The notes beneath the pieces are model-generated. The model searched no databases and was not told the DNA's origin. It was given only the letters and a program-made list of their open reading frames with translations. Made by a program: the position numbers and the translations under genes. From a virus, in IMG/VR virus record IMGVR_UViG_3300012894_000004, positions 9,141 to 73,140 of that record: DNA of 64,000 nt. One strand, written 5' to 3'. The first letter of the stretch is position 1. The number at the start of each line of letters is the position of its first letter. This document shows, piece by piece, positions 37,645-46,923 of the stretch.

Positions 37645-38481
37645 ATGTGCCCCAATTGCAATTCCGAGCTTAAGTCTACCTTTTTCAGCAACAATCAGCT
37701 GCTCTCACAAGAGGTTACAGAATTTATCCATGCCTTTACTTCTAGTCGGGCTCCGCAGTACTGCGAGAAGTGTGGCAAGCCACTCATTGAACAGGCTCGT
37801 CAGCAAGCACGGGCGCAGGACGCTAAACTTGGTGCAATTCTTAACAAGTATATCCATTATGTGCCGCTGCTTTCCATTCAAGCACCACCAGCCTGGTCGT
37901 TCACCCCGCTGGGTCTCGTCACAGGTCAATCGGTAACCGGCACAGGTGTTTTTGCAGAATTTGCCAGCAGCTGGACTGATTTTTTTGGAGCGCAGTCCAA
38001 TGCGTACAATCAAAAAATTGCGGGTGGCGAAATCATTTGCCAGACCCAACTGCGTCTTAAATGTATTGAATTGGGCGGTAACGCAATTCTAGGGACCGAT
38101 ATCGATTACGCAGAAGTTGGCGGGCTAAAAGGAATGCTAATGGTCTGTATGACAGGAACAGCAGTGCTGCTGGAGAATACAGAAATTATTGGCAAAGAAG
38201 CATTGGAAGGGTTGAATATGGTGACTCAAACTGCTCGCAACCGTCGGGCAATGCGTCTTTACGCGGGCCTCATCAATAATCCTAGCCACTTGATTTTAGC
38301 GAGCAGCCAGCAGGACGCAAGGCCTGCGCAAGCAGTTGATTCCCCCAAAGCTGAGCCAGCTCCAATGACTGTACCCGTATCAATTCAAATAGCTCAACTG
38401 CGACAGCGCCACCAGCGTGGCGAGCTAACTGCTATGGAGTTAGAGCAGCAGATGGCAAAGCTTACTTCGAAGCAGCCATAA
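37645..38481 (+). CDS. YbjQ/UPF0145-family protein with Zn-ribbon and SHOCT-like tail
   Basis: CPNC..CEKC; LGGNAILGTDIDY...MLMVCMTGTAV; low GC. Confidence 0.8.
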   Translation: MCPNCNSELKSTFFSNNQLLSQEVTEFIHAFTSSRAPQYCEKCGKPLIEQARQQARAQDAKLGAILNKYIHYVPLLSIQAPPAWSFTPLGLVTGQSVTGTGVFAEFASSWTDFFGAQSNAYNQKIAGGEIICQTQLRLKCIELGGNAILGTDIDYAEVGGLKGMLMVCMTGTAVLLENTEIIGKEALEGLNMVTQTARNRRAMRLYAGLINNPSHLILASSQQDARPAQAVDSPKAEPAPMTVPVSIQIAQLRQRHQRGELTAMELEQQMAKLTSKQP

Positions 38482-38483
38482 CC

Positions 38484-38864
38484 ATGCAGCCAGCCCCCGC
38501 CACGCAGCTGCCCGCCTACGACCAGGCCCAGCTCGACAAGCGCTTCCTGACCGAACTCGCCCGCCTACTCGACACCGAGGCCTTCGCCACCTACGCCGAG
38601 TGGGCTGCCACCGTGGGAGTGAGTGCCAGCTACCTGGCCGGCATCCGCCGCGGCACCTACCACGCGAACCTCAGCCTGCTCTACTCCACGCTGCGCCACT
38701 ACCCCGGCTTCGATTTCAACTTCGTGGTGTTCGGCGCGGCTGTGTATGCCCGACCCGAGCCCACGGTGGCCCCCGTGCCCCGGCGCGGCCGCGTGCCCCA
38801 GCCTAAGGCCCCGGCGCGCCCGGTGGGCCGCCCACCCCGCAACGCCGCCAGCCCAGCTGCCTAA
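38484..38864 (+). CDS. Xre-like HTH protein
   Basis: YAEWAATVGVSASYLAGIRRG. Confidence 0.7.
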   Translation: MQPAPATQLPAYDQAQLDKRFLTELARLLDTEAFATYAEWAATVGVSASYLAGIRRGTYHANLSLLYSTLRHYPGFDFNFVVFGAAVYARPEPTVAPVPRRGRVPQPKAPARPVGRPPRNAASPAA

Positions 38865-38869
38865 GCTAT

Positions 38870-40156
38870 ATGGAGTACACGTTTCGCCAGGTACTGTCCC
38901 GCCCCGATAAAGAGGGCCGCTGCCGCGTAGTGCTCGACGTGACGTGGGAGGGCAAGCGCCAGAAGATGCCCACCGGCGTGAGCTGCCTGCCCGAGCACTT
39001 CCGGCCCGAGGCGCAGCGCATCGTGAGTCCCAAAGACCCGCAGGCCGCGGTGCTCAACGCTAAGCTGGCGGCCGTCGTCGCCAAGGTGGCCAAGGCCGAG
39101 CTGCACGCTGCCGCCCACGACGAGCCCTTCGTGCCGCCCGTAAAGCCAAAGCGGACGCAGGTCGAGGTACAGAAGCCTGTGCGCGCGCAGCAATTCTACG
39201 AGCTCTGGCTGGCCGAAAACCCGGGCCTGAGCGCCAGCAGCAACCGCCGCTACAAACAGGTAGTTGCTCACCTGGAAGCCTACCGGGCGGGCTGGGCTAT
39301 CACCTCGCTCACGCGCAAGGACTTTCTGGGCTACCTGGCCCACCTGGCCGGCCTGGGCCTGGTGGACAGCACGACGGTGAAGCACGTCAAGTTTCTGCGC
39401 GAGTGCTTCCGGCTGGCGGGCCTGGCCGTGCCGAGCTGGCTTAAGATGCAGGTGCGCTACGGCCGCTCACCGGCGCTGCAGGCCGCCGAGCTCTGCCGGC
39501 TCATCAGCCTGCCGCTCGTCGAGCAGGAGGCGCTCGAGCAGGAGCGCGACATGTTTCTGCTGCAAACCCTGCTGCTGCTGCGCGACTCCGACCTGCGCCA
39601 GCTGCGGCCCCACCACGTCAGCGAGCTCGACCTGCCTGGTGCGGGCAAGGTGCCGGTGCTCAGCATCCGCCAGGCCAAGACCGGCGACGAGGTGCGCCTG
39701 CCCCTGCCGCCGCTGGCCGCCGCCATCTGGGGCAAGTACGCCGGCGAGCTGCCCGTGAAGGTGCAGCAGCACCGCAACCGCTACATGAAGCTGCTCATGG
39801 AGCGCGCCGGCCTCACCCGCGAATTCGTGCGCGTGCGCTACGTGCAGGGCGAGGCCACGGAGGAAGTTGTGCCGCTCTGGCAGGTCGTGACCACCCATAC
39901 GGCCCGCCACACCGGGGCCGACATGGTGATGCTCGGCAGTGGGGGCGATTCCAACCTGAAGGAAAAGGCCCTGGGCCACGCCGGCGTCTACGGCCACGAC
40001 GCGCTCGAACGCTACGGCCCGGCCCTGCTTAAGGCCTGGCGCACCGTACTGGGTGCAACCGAATTAAATGCACCCAAACCTATCCCCCGCAAACGCCCGG
40101 AACGCCGTAAGTACACGGGGGGCGGGATGTCGTTTGGGCTGGTAAAAAGGCAATAG
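38870..40156 (+). CDS. int: Tyrosine integrase
   Basis: Arm-binding N-terminus, LRDSD, KTG, HTARH, LGH..Y. Confidence 0.9.
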   Translation: MEYTFRQVLSRPDKEGRCRVVLDVTWEGKRQKMPTGVSCLPEHFRPEAQRIVSPKDPQAAVLNAKLAAVVAKVAKAELHAAAHDEPFVPPVKPKRTQVEVQKPVRAQQFYELWLAENPGLSASSNRRYKQVVAHLEAYRAGWAITSLTRKDFLGYLAHLAGLGLVDSTTVKHVKFLRECFRLAGLAVPSWLKMQVRYGRSPALQAAELCRLISLPLVEQEALEQERDMFLLQTLLLLRDSDLRQLRPHHVSELDLPGAGKVPVLSIRQAKTGDEVRLPLPPLAAAIWGKYAGELPVKVQQHRNRYMKLLMERAGLTREFVRVRYVQGEATEEVVPLWQVVTTHTARHTGADMVMLGSGGDSNLKEKALGHAGVYGHDALERYGPALLKAWRTVLGATELNAPKPIPRKRPERRKYTGGGMSFGLVKRQ

Positions 40157-40196
40157 CTTGGGGTTATTCTCGGTTATCCTAGGTAAGGGGATGGCA

Positions 40197-40209
40197 CCAA
40201 GTGGGCCCA
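40197..40209 (+). other. Candidate att core (tRNA 3'-end-like)
   Basis: CCAAGTGGGCCCA resembles the T-stem 3' strand plus acceptor stem of a GGGCC-starting tRNA; 40 bp after int; followed by terminator. Confidence 0.5.
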
Positions 40210-40211
40210 CT

Positions 40212-40247
40212 AAAACGGCTTTTACAGTAGTGTAAAGGCCGTTTTTT
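40212..40247 (+). terminator. Intrinsic terminator
   Basis: AAAACGGCTTTTACA-GTAG-TGTAAAGGCCGTTTTTT. Confidence 0.8.
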
Positions 40248-40340
40248 ATTTTATACCCCCGGTTTTGCCCCCAGTTAGCGTTATTTTGGGGTAAGAAGTA
40301 CTAGCAGTGCTGTTGGTATGCGTTGCCGTAGTTTAGGCAG

Positions 40341-40835
40341 GTGAAACGTTGGCTTCTGCTATTCTTATTCCTCTCCTACTCTGCTTCAGCACAACTCCCC
40401 ACGGCCGAAGCAGCGAAGCCTGCTGTACTTTTCTGGCCAATCAACTACCCAACGGGCACGGTAGTTTTCACGGCCTTCACCGCGCACCCGCTGGCGCCGG
40501 CCTTGGCCCAGGCGGAGCACTTACGGGCGTGGCTCACCAGCACCTGCTCGCGGTGGGAAGAACTACAAACCCAGGCCGACTCTACCCAGCTTTACCAAGG
40601 GCAGTTGCGCGGTGTGCACGTAGGCGTCGCGCTACGGTTTGCCGTGCAGGTGCGTCGCGAGCACGCAGGGTGGCAGTATATACTTCTCGCTTTTCGGGTA
40701 CGCTCACCCACGGGTGACCCCGACCTAGTGCACTGGCTGCCGCTGGAGCACTTGCTCGATGACCGGGACTTTGGCCCCGACATCAGGAGTTTTCAGCAGC
40801 AGCTACAGCGTGCCTTGCCAAGTTTAGGTAAGTAA
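40341..40835 (+). CDS. Secreted hypothetical protein
   Basis: Signal peptide; WPINYPTGTVVF similar to the 55840 gene. Confidence 0.65.
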   Translation: MKRWLLLFLFLSYSASAQLPTAEAAKPAVLFWPINYPTGTVVFTAFTAHPLAPALAQAEHLRAWLTSTCSRWEELQTQADSTQLYQGQLRGVHVGVALRFAVQVRREHAGWQYILLAFRVRSPTGDPDLVHWLPLEHLLDDRDFGPDIRSFQQQLQRALPSLGK

Positions 40836-40858
40836 AAAATAGGGTAGTAGCTTGCTGT

Positions 40859-41464
40859 ATGAATAAATGTCTACTCACGAGCTGCGCACTTTCATTGACT
40901 TTGCCCACCCTAGCCCAGCAAGCCGCCCCACCACCTTTGCCCCCGCCTATCTGGAATAACGCTGAGGCCGTGTTGAAGGTCGGCTCTGACTACAGCCGGG
41001 GGCGGGGCTTCGCCAAAGACGAGGCGCGGGCGCTGCAATGCTACGAGCGTGCCGCTGAGCTCGGCAGCGCCGTGGCCATGGACAACGTGGGCACCTACTA
41101 TGCGCAAGGCCGCGGCGTTGCCGTCGATAAGGTGCGGGCTATTGCCTGGTGCCGCCGCGCGGCCGCCAAAGGCTACCTGCCGGCCATGAACAACCTAGGC
41201 GTGCTCTACAGCGCGAAGATGCAGGGCAAGCCCGACTACTGCCAGGCGCTCGACTGGTTCAAGAAGTGCGCGGAGGGCGGCAACGCCACCGGCATGTGGC
41301 ACCTGGGCCAGGCCTACCACCAGGGGCTCTGCCCGCAGGCGCGCAGCAAGCAACTGGCCCGGCAGTGGCTGCGCAATGCCGTCGAGATTGGTAGCCAGCC
41401 CTCAGCGTCAGGGCAGAGCAAGTATGCAGCTGAGCAGGCGGCGCTGGAGCTGCGCAAACTGTAG
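40859..41464 (+). CDS. Secreted Sel1-repeat protein
   Basis: Repeats of AMxNLGxxYxxGxGxxxDxxxAxxW. Confidence 0.88.
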   Translation: MNKCLLTSCALSLTLPTLAQQAAPPPLPPPIWNNAEAVLKVGSDYSRGRGFAKDEARALQCYERAAELGSAVAMDNVGTYYAQGRGVAVDKVRAIAWCRRAAAKGYLPAMNNLGVLYSAKMQGKPDYCQALDWFKKCAEGGNATGMWHLGQAYHQGLCPQARSKQLARQWLRNAVEIGSQPSASGQSKYAAEQAALELRKL

Positions 41465-41605
41465 CTAGGCTAGCGTAGTCGACGGCACCGGAGCTGGGTG
41501 CAGCACATGCCAGCTGTGCCACACGGCAGCCAGCAGCAGCACGATGGCCAGGGCGAAGGCGAGGCGACGGGGCCAGCGGGTGAGGTGGCGGTGTTCAATA
41601 AGCAT
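41465..41605 (-). CDS. 46-aa single-TM peptide
   Basis: Manual: MLIEHRHLTRWPRRLAFALAIVLLLAAVWH...; TTCTTTGC 3 nt before ATG. Confidence 0.45.
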   Translation of the reverse strand: MLIEHRHLTRWPRRLAFALAIVLLLAAVWHSWHVLHPAPVPSTTLA

Positions 41606-41761
41606 GGGGCAAAGAAAATCCCAAGTTATTATAGTTGAGCTTATTATGATTGTATAAATATAACTAGGAAAAGTGCTTCATCTTTCCGTCATTTGGCACG
41701 GTAGCCGGTGATACGGGTGCTGATGCTTCATTTCTTTTCCACCTCCCTACCAAATCCTCAT

Positions 41762-43828
41762 ATGAAAGTAAAACTCCTCTTTTACCTGTTACTAACGCTG
41801 TGCTGGTGCACCAACGCATTAGCTCAAGTCAGCCTTTATGACTTTAAAACACCTTCTGGCTCTATCACCCTTACCGCAGGTTCCACCCAAATCCTTCAAC
41901 CAACTTTTGAGATTACCATTCAGAAGCCTATTGGTACGGCATTAGATAGTCGCTCACTTTTCCAGGTGTATGCGGTGACTTCCCGAACGTTAACCCCATC
42001 GTCCTCCAATAGCCTTCCTACTTTTAATGTACAGTTGCCTACTACTTGGACGCCAGTAGGTGGAAATACGGAGAGAGGAGTTGTGACTGGTTCCTTTCAC
42101 ATCAACTATAACAGCACTAGTAATGGCAGGGCGAACGAAATAGAGATGTTATACACAGGCTATGTGGGCTCTACTGCTTATTCGAATATCAGCGACAATA
42201 CCATTCACATCAATACTACCGTTACCACACCGACTGTCAACACAATTTGTGGTCTTTCAGGTGCTACTGGTCAGGGAAACCAGATTTGTCGGAGTCAATT
42301 CGTTCCGTATACCTCAAGACCAGCTTTACTCACGGGGCAAGAAAAGGGGCAAGACGATTATGTGTTTGAATGGGAGTACAGCTATTCTGGCACGCAGATT
42401 ATTCCTGGCCAGCAAACTGGCTGGCAAAACACTGGGGGAACTGAACAAAATTTTCAGCCATGGGATTGCTGGCAAACAGTGCATTATCGGCGCAAAACAC
42501 TCTCTGTGCACAAGAACTGGTTGGGCCAAACCTACCATGACTACGTTGCCGATAGCAACCCAGTACTCATCATTCCCTACGTACTAGTAAATTCGGGAAA
42601 CTACCTGATACGCAATCGTCGGAGTGGACAGGTGTTGGAAATAGGCGGCAATTCGACGAGTGACGGTACTCAAGCTACCCAGTCGCCTTCTAGGGGTACT
42701 GTGAATCAACAATGGCAAATCAACTCATTAGGAGATGGTTCATACACACTCATTAACGCGAACAGTCAAAAGGAATTAGGCGTCAATACCGAAGGCCGTG
42801 GGGCATCTATTACTCAATATACTCTTAGCAACAGCCCTGACTATACATCGAGACACTGGCTGTTCCAGCCTGTGTACGGGTCACCTGGTTTTTATACAAT
42901 AACCAATGGTTTTAGCGGCCTAGTGATGGAGATTGGGGGAGGGTCTCCTTATAATAGTGCTCAAGGCGCAGGGGCAAACCACTGGTACTATTATGGCGCC
43001 AGCACTGACCACGGAGAACAGGAATGGGAACTAATTCCGGTGCCCGCTCCCGTCGCCGGGGGTAATCGCTTTCCAGGCGTTTACACGATAACCAACATAA
43101 ACAGTAATCAGGTTTTGGAAGCCGGCGGTAATTATCCTGACCCGATTACGGCTGGCACCAAGATTAACCAGTGGCCCTATGGTGGTACTTCCAATCAGCA
43201 TTGGACTATCACCGAAACCGACCCGGGCTATTATAAGATTGTCAACCGCAACAGCGGTTTCTGCCTCGAGATAGGGGGTAACTTACCAGCACCTACCACT
43301 GCTGGTACTTTAGCGAACCAGTGGCCCTATTTTGGCAATTTGAACCAGCAGTGGGCTATCAACGAGGTTTCCCCTGGTTCCGGCATGTATTATTTCATCA
43401 ACCGCGGGAGCAGCTACGCGCTGGAAATTGGCGGTGGCTCTACGAAAGACAACGGCGCGAAGGCCAATCAGTGGTATTACTGGGGCGGGCTCAACCAGCA
43501 ATGGTATATCAACCTCTTCGCCCAAAACCGGATGATGGCTCCCCAGCCTGCGACAACCCAAGCTTCAGCTCCTGAAGCAGTGGCAATGAGCGTATTCCCC
43601 AACCCTACCGCGGGTGTGGCCACTATCTCTTACTCGTTGGCTACTGCGGCTACTGTCAGTGCCGAAGTAACTGATGCACTCGGCAGAAAAGTAGTCACCG
43701 TCACAAAGGGCGAACACCAAGAGGCTGGGCACTACGAATTAACTATTCCTACTCTTGCGCGAGGTGTATATGTGGTGCGACTAGTGCACAACGGGGTGAC
43801 GGAACATAAGAAGCTTGTAGTTGAGTAA
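41762..43828 (+). CDS. T9SS-secreted ricin-B lectin domain protein
   Basis: Repeated NxNSGxxLE...NQQW; VFPNP...RGVYVV...KKLVVE CTD; lower GC. Confidence 0.88.
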   Translation: MKVKLLFYLLLTLCWCTNALAQVSLYDFKTPSGSITLTAGSTQILQPTFEITIQKPIGTALDSRSLFQVYAVTSRTLTPSSSNSLPTFNVQLPTTWTPVGGNTERGVVTGSFHINYNSTSNGRANEIEMLYTGYVGSTAYSNISDNTIHINTTVTTPTVNTICGLSGATGQGNQICRSQFVPYTSRPALLTGQEKGQDDYVFEWEYSYSGTQIIPGQQTGWQNTGGTEQNFQPWDCWQTVHYRRKTLSVHKNWLGQTYHDYVADSNPVLIIPYVLVNSGNYLIRNRRSGQVLEIGGNSTSDGTQATQSPSRGTVNQQWQINSLGDGSYTLINANSQKELGVNTEGRGASITQYTLSNSPDYTSRHWLFQPVYGSPGFYTITNGFSGLVMEIGGGSPYNSAQGAGANHWYYYGASTDHGEQEWELIPVPAPVAGGNRFPGVYTITNINSNQVLEAGGNYPDPITAGTKINQWPYGGTSNQHWTITETDPGYYKIVNRNSGFCLEIGGNLPAPTTAGTLANQWPYFGNLNQQWAINEVSPGSGMYYFINRGSSYALEIGGGSTKDNGAKANQWYYWGGLNQQWYINLFAQNRMMAPQPATTQASAPEAVAMSVFPNPTAGVATISYSLATAATVSAEVTDALGRKVVTVTKGEHQEAGHYELTIPTLARGVYVVRLVHNGVTEHKKLVVE

Positions 43829-43848
43829 TCAGTTGTAAATACTATTTT

Positions 43849-43881
43849 AAAAAGCCCTGATCGCACGGTCGGGGCTTTTTT
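43849..43881. terminator. Bidirectional terminator
   Basis: AAAAAGCCCTGATC-GCAC-GGTCGGGGCTTTTT. Confidence 0.8.
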
Positions 43882-44143
43882 ATGTCCACTCCCTTGGTAA
43901 CTTCACCCAGTAGCTGTAATCCTCCAACGGCACGCTGCTCACGAAGCTGCGTAGCACCACCGGCTGCTCCTGGCCATAGTCCACGCCGACCTCGACAAAG
44001 AAGCCGCGGCCCTCATCGGCGCAGTGGTAGAGGTTGACGCCCTCGTCATCGGCCTCCCAGCGTTGGGCCAGAAAGGTGCCGTGCTTGAGCACCCACTCGA
44101 GCTGCATAACGGGGGAGAGCAGGCGAAAGGCGTAGTAGGTCAT
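43880..44143 (-). CDS. Small hypothetical protein
   Basis: 87 aa; TACCTTGC 4 nt before ATG. Confidence 0.65.
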   Translation of the reverse strand: MTYYAFRLLSPVMQLEWVLKHGTFLAQRWEADDEGVNLYHCADEGRGFFVEVGVDYGQEQPVVLRSFVSSVPLEDYSYWVKLPREWT

Positions 44144-44195
44144 CAGGGCAAGGTAGCAGCGGCAGGCCCATCTTTGCGCGCTACTTCTTCGACTG

Positions 44196-45053
44196 ATGAC
44201 CTACCCTCGACTCCGAACGGCCGCACTCGCCGCGTTAGCACTAGTGGCCGCCGCCTGCGCCAAAACTGATACTGTGGGCCCTGCGGCTACGCTGCCCACC
44301 GATGACAACCTGGCGCTGGGCAACCCCAGCGGGGCCGTGGCCAGCGCTTCCACGCCGGCAAACTACCTGCTCACGCGGCCGCAATATACTAGTAGCTATC
44401 ATCGTGACCAAGGCAAGCCCAACTGGGTGAGTTGGCACCTGGGCGCAGCGGACCTGGGCAACGCACCGCGCCAGGATGACTTCCGCGCCGATGCCGACCT
44501 GCCCAGCGGCTGGTACCAGGTCAAGCCGAGCGACTACTCAGGCTCGGGATTTGACCGAGGGCACAACTGCCCCAGCGCCGACCACACGGCCACGGTAGCC
44601 GACAACTCGGCTACCTTTCTGATGAGCAACATGATGCCGCAGGCGCCCAACAACAACCAGCAGACCTGGGGCAATCTGGAAGACTACTGCCGTACGCTCG
44701 TGCGGGCCGGCAACGAACTTTACATCGTCTGCGGCTCCTACGGCCGGGGCGGCACCGGCAGCGCAGGCTACCAAACTACCCTTGCGGGCGGCAAGGTCAC
44801 GGTGCCCGCGCACTGCTGGAAAGTTGTGGTGGTGCTGCCCGCGGGGGCAAATGACCTAAAGCGCATCACGGGTAGCACCCGGGTAATTGCCGTCAACACG
44901 CCCAACGAAAACTCGCTAAGTTCTAACTGGGGCACCTACCGCACCAGCGTCGATGCCCTCGAGTCAGCTACGGGGTACGACTTGCTCTCGGCACTGCCGA
45001 CGAGCGTGCAGGCCACCCTCGAAGCGCAAACGGATACTGGCCCCACGAACTGA
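44196..45053 (+). CDS. DNA/RNA non-specific endonuclease, lipoprotein
   Basis: Lipobox-like AAAC; FDRGHNCPSAD, SNMMPQ, NQQTW. Confidence 0.92.
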   Translation: MTYPRLRTAALAALALVAAACAKTDTVGPAATLPTDDNLALGNPSGAVASASTPANYLLTRPQYTSSYHRDQGKPNWVSWHLGAADLGNAPRQDDFRADADLPSGWYQVKPSDYSGSGFDRGHNCPSADHTATVADNSATFLMSNMMPQAPNNNQQTWGNLEDYCRTLVRAGNELYIVCGSYGRGGTGSAGYQTTLAGGKVTVPAHCWKVVVVLPAGANDLKRITGSTRVIAVNTPNENSLSSNWGTYRTSVDALESATGYDLLSALPTSVQATLEAQTDTGPTN

Positions 45054-45106
45054 GCTAAGCGGCCCTAGGCAAGGGTGGGTATGCACAGACAGGTAGGGTG
45101 CCCATG

Positions 45107-45140
45107 AAAAAGCCCCAGCACTTTTGTACTGGGGCTTTCT
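45107..45140. terminator. Terminator hairpin
   Basis: AAAAAGCCCCAG...CTGGGGCTTT. Confidence 0.7.
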
Positions 45141-45570
45141 ATAATGCAAGTCCTTCCAGGGGACTTGCGAAAGTTGTCCGCATGACAGGGGACACAACAA
45201 AGATAGAATAGGAGTAAGGCGAGGACAGTATTCTAAAAAAATGCGTGCGACTACTTGCCTTTGCGGCATGAACAGGGATAAGTAGTCATTTTCCTAACGT
45301 AGCAGGGTGCAACTGTTTCTTTATTAACTACAGCACGTTGAAAAGCAGCTTTTTGCTTCGTGGTATTCACTTTGAGGCAGCTGAAAATTCATAACATACT
45401 GGTAATAGTAGGCTCATTTTTTATCGGTTTTCTGAGATTATAAATTGCAAATAGCAATCAATCAATTCTTTATCAGAGGAAGGGGAGTTTGGTAATCCTA
45501 CGCGTTCTTTGTGTACGACCTAATATCCGGCGCCTGTGTTCGGTTGGGTTTTTCACATTTTTTCGCCTTC

Positions 45571-46887
45571 ATGAAGAAGATTCTACGCCACTCCCGGGGC
45601 TTATTGCTGCTTGCTCTGCTGGTCCTCTCGGCTGGCCGGGTGAGTGCGCAAACGGCCGCCCCGACGCAGGAAACGTTTGAGACCGGTACCAAGCCGGACT
45701 ACGCCACCGGCACCGTCACGCTGAGCACCGGCGACTGGACCTTTACCGATGCGCTGCTTGGTGCCGAGGTTGGCGACCACAAGAACGGCACCCAGGCCGT
45801 GCGCGTGGAGCAGAAGGGCCGCCTCACAATGGACTTCTACTTACCGGGCGGGGCCTCGCTCGTCACGGTGCAGCATGCGCTCTACAGCGGCGATGCCAGC
45901 AGCGCCTGGGAATTGTGGGCCCAATCGCAGTCCTGCAGCTGTAACAACTGGACCAAGGTCGGCGCCACGGTGCTCACCACCAGCGCCACATTGCAAACGG
46001 CTGCTTTTTCGGTAAGCCTACCCGGCGCCGTGCGCTTCGAGCTGCGCAAGGTGTCCGGGGGCGCGGCCCGGCTCAACTTCGACGACTTCACGGTGACCTC
46101 TTACGGGGCCGTGGTTGCCTCGGCTTACCCCGACAATGATAACTTGACGATGGGTAATCCTAGTGGCGCCACGGCTGACGTTAATTTTCCCGACAACTAC
46201 TTACTCTACCGCAAAGGCATTCACGCCATCGGCTACAACCGGCACGATGCCAAGCCCAACTGGGTAAGCTGGCACTTGGATGACTCTAACCGGGGTACGG
46301 CCGACCGCCAAGACGACTTCCGCCCTGATTCACTGTTGCCGGCCGGCTGGTATCGGGTGCTGGCCACGGACTACTCGGGTTCAGGCTTTGACCGGGGTCA
46401 TAATTGCCCCTCGGCCGACCGTACCAGCTCGGTGCGCGCCAACTCGCTCACCTTCTTGATGAGCAACATGATGCCCCAGGCCCCCAACAATAACCAGAAA
46501 ACCTGGGCTGACCTGGAAAACTATACGCGCAAATTTCTGCCGGGCTACGAAGCTTACATTATCGCGGGCAGCTACGGGGTGGGCGGTACCGGCAGTGCCG
46601 GCTACATGGAAGTTGTGCCTAGTGGCAAGGTAGTCGTTCCCAAGCGTACCTGGAAAGTCATTGTGCTGCTGCCCGTGGGTGATAATGACCTGCTGCGCGT
46701 CAACGCCAGCACACGCATCATCGCCGTGGACATGCCCAACAATAATTCGCTGAGCACCGACTGGGGCAGCTACCGCACTAGCGTGCGGGCCATCGAGAAT
46801 GCCACGGGCTACAACCTGCTCTCCGCCCTGCCGGCCGCCGTGCAGGATGCCGTCGAAACGAAGGTGGATAATGGCCCCACCAACTAG
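45571..46887 (+). CDS. DNA/RNA non-specific endonuclease with extra N-terminal beta-sandwich domain
   Basis: Signal peptide; FDRGHNCPSAD; paralog of the 44196 gene. Confidence 0.92.
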   Translation: MKKILRHSRGLLLLALLVLSAGRVSAQTAAPTQETFETGTKPDYATGTVTLSTGDWTFTDALLGAEVGDHKNGTQAVRVEQKGRLTMDFYLPGGASLVTVQHALYSGDASSAWELWAQSQSCSCNNWTKVGATVLTTSATLQTAAFSVSLPGAVRFELRKVSGGAARLNFDDFTVTSYGAVVASAYPDNDNLTMGNPSGATADVNFPDNYLLYRKGIHAIGYNRHDAKPNWVSWHLDDSNRGTADRQDDFRPDSLLPAGWYRVLATDYSGSGFDRGHNCPSADRTSSVRANSLTFLMSNMMPQAPNNNQKTWADLENYTRKFLPGYEAYIIAGSYGVGGTGSAGYMEVVPSGKVVVPKRTWKVIVLLPVGDNDLLRVNASTRIIAVDMPNNNSLSTDWGSYRTSVRAIENATGYNLLSALPAAVQDAVETKVDNGPTN

Positions 46888-46923
46888 GCCCCCCAGTTTC
46901 CCTCATCGTCTTCATCCGCAGTT

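Larger units (their letters stand above)
1..40209. mobile_element. Prophage 1 (temperate, siphovirus-like); extends past left edge
   Basis: Contiguous integrase, repressor/cro, replication, terminase, portal, capsid, tail and lysis modules; att-like core just after the integrase. Confidence 0.92.

Noticed and set aside
40140..40260. Intact tRNA or tmRNA gene
   Set aside because: Only a 3'-end-like fragment; no D arm, anticodon arm or TTC loop upstream
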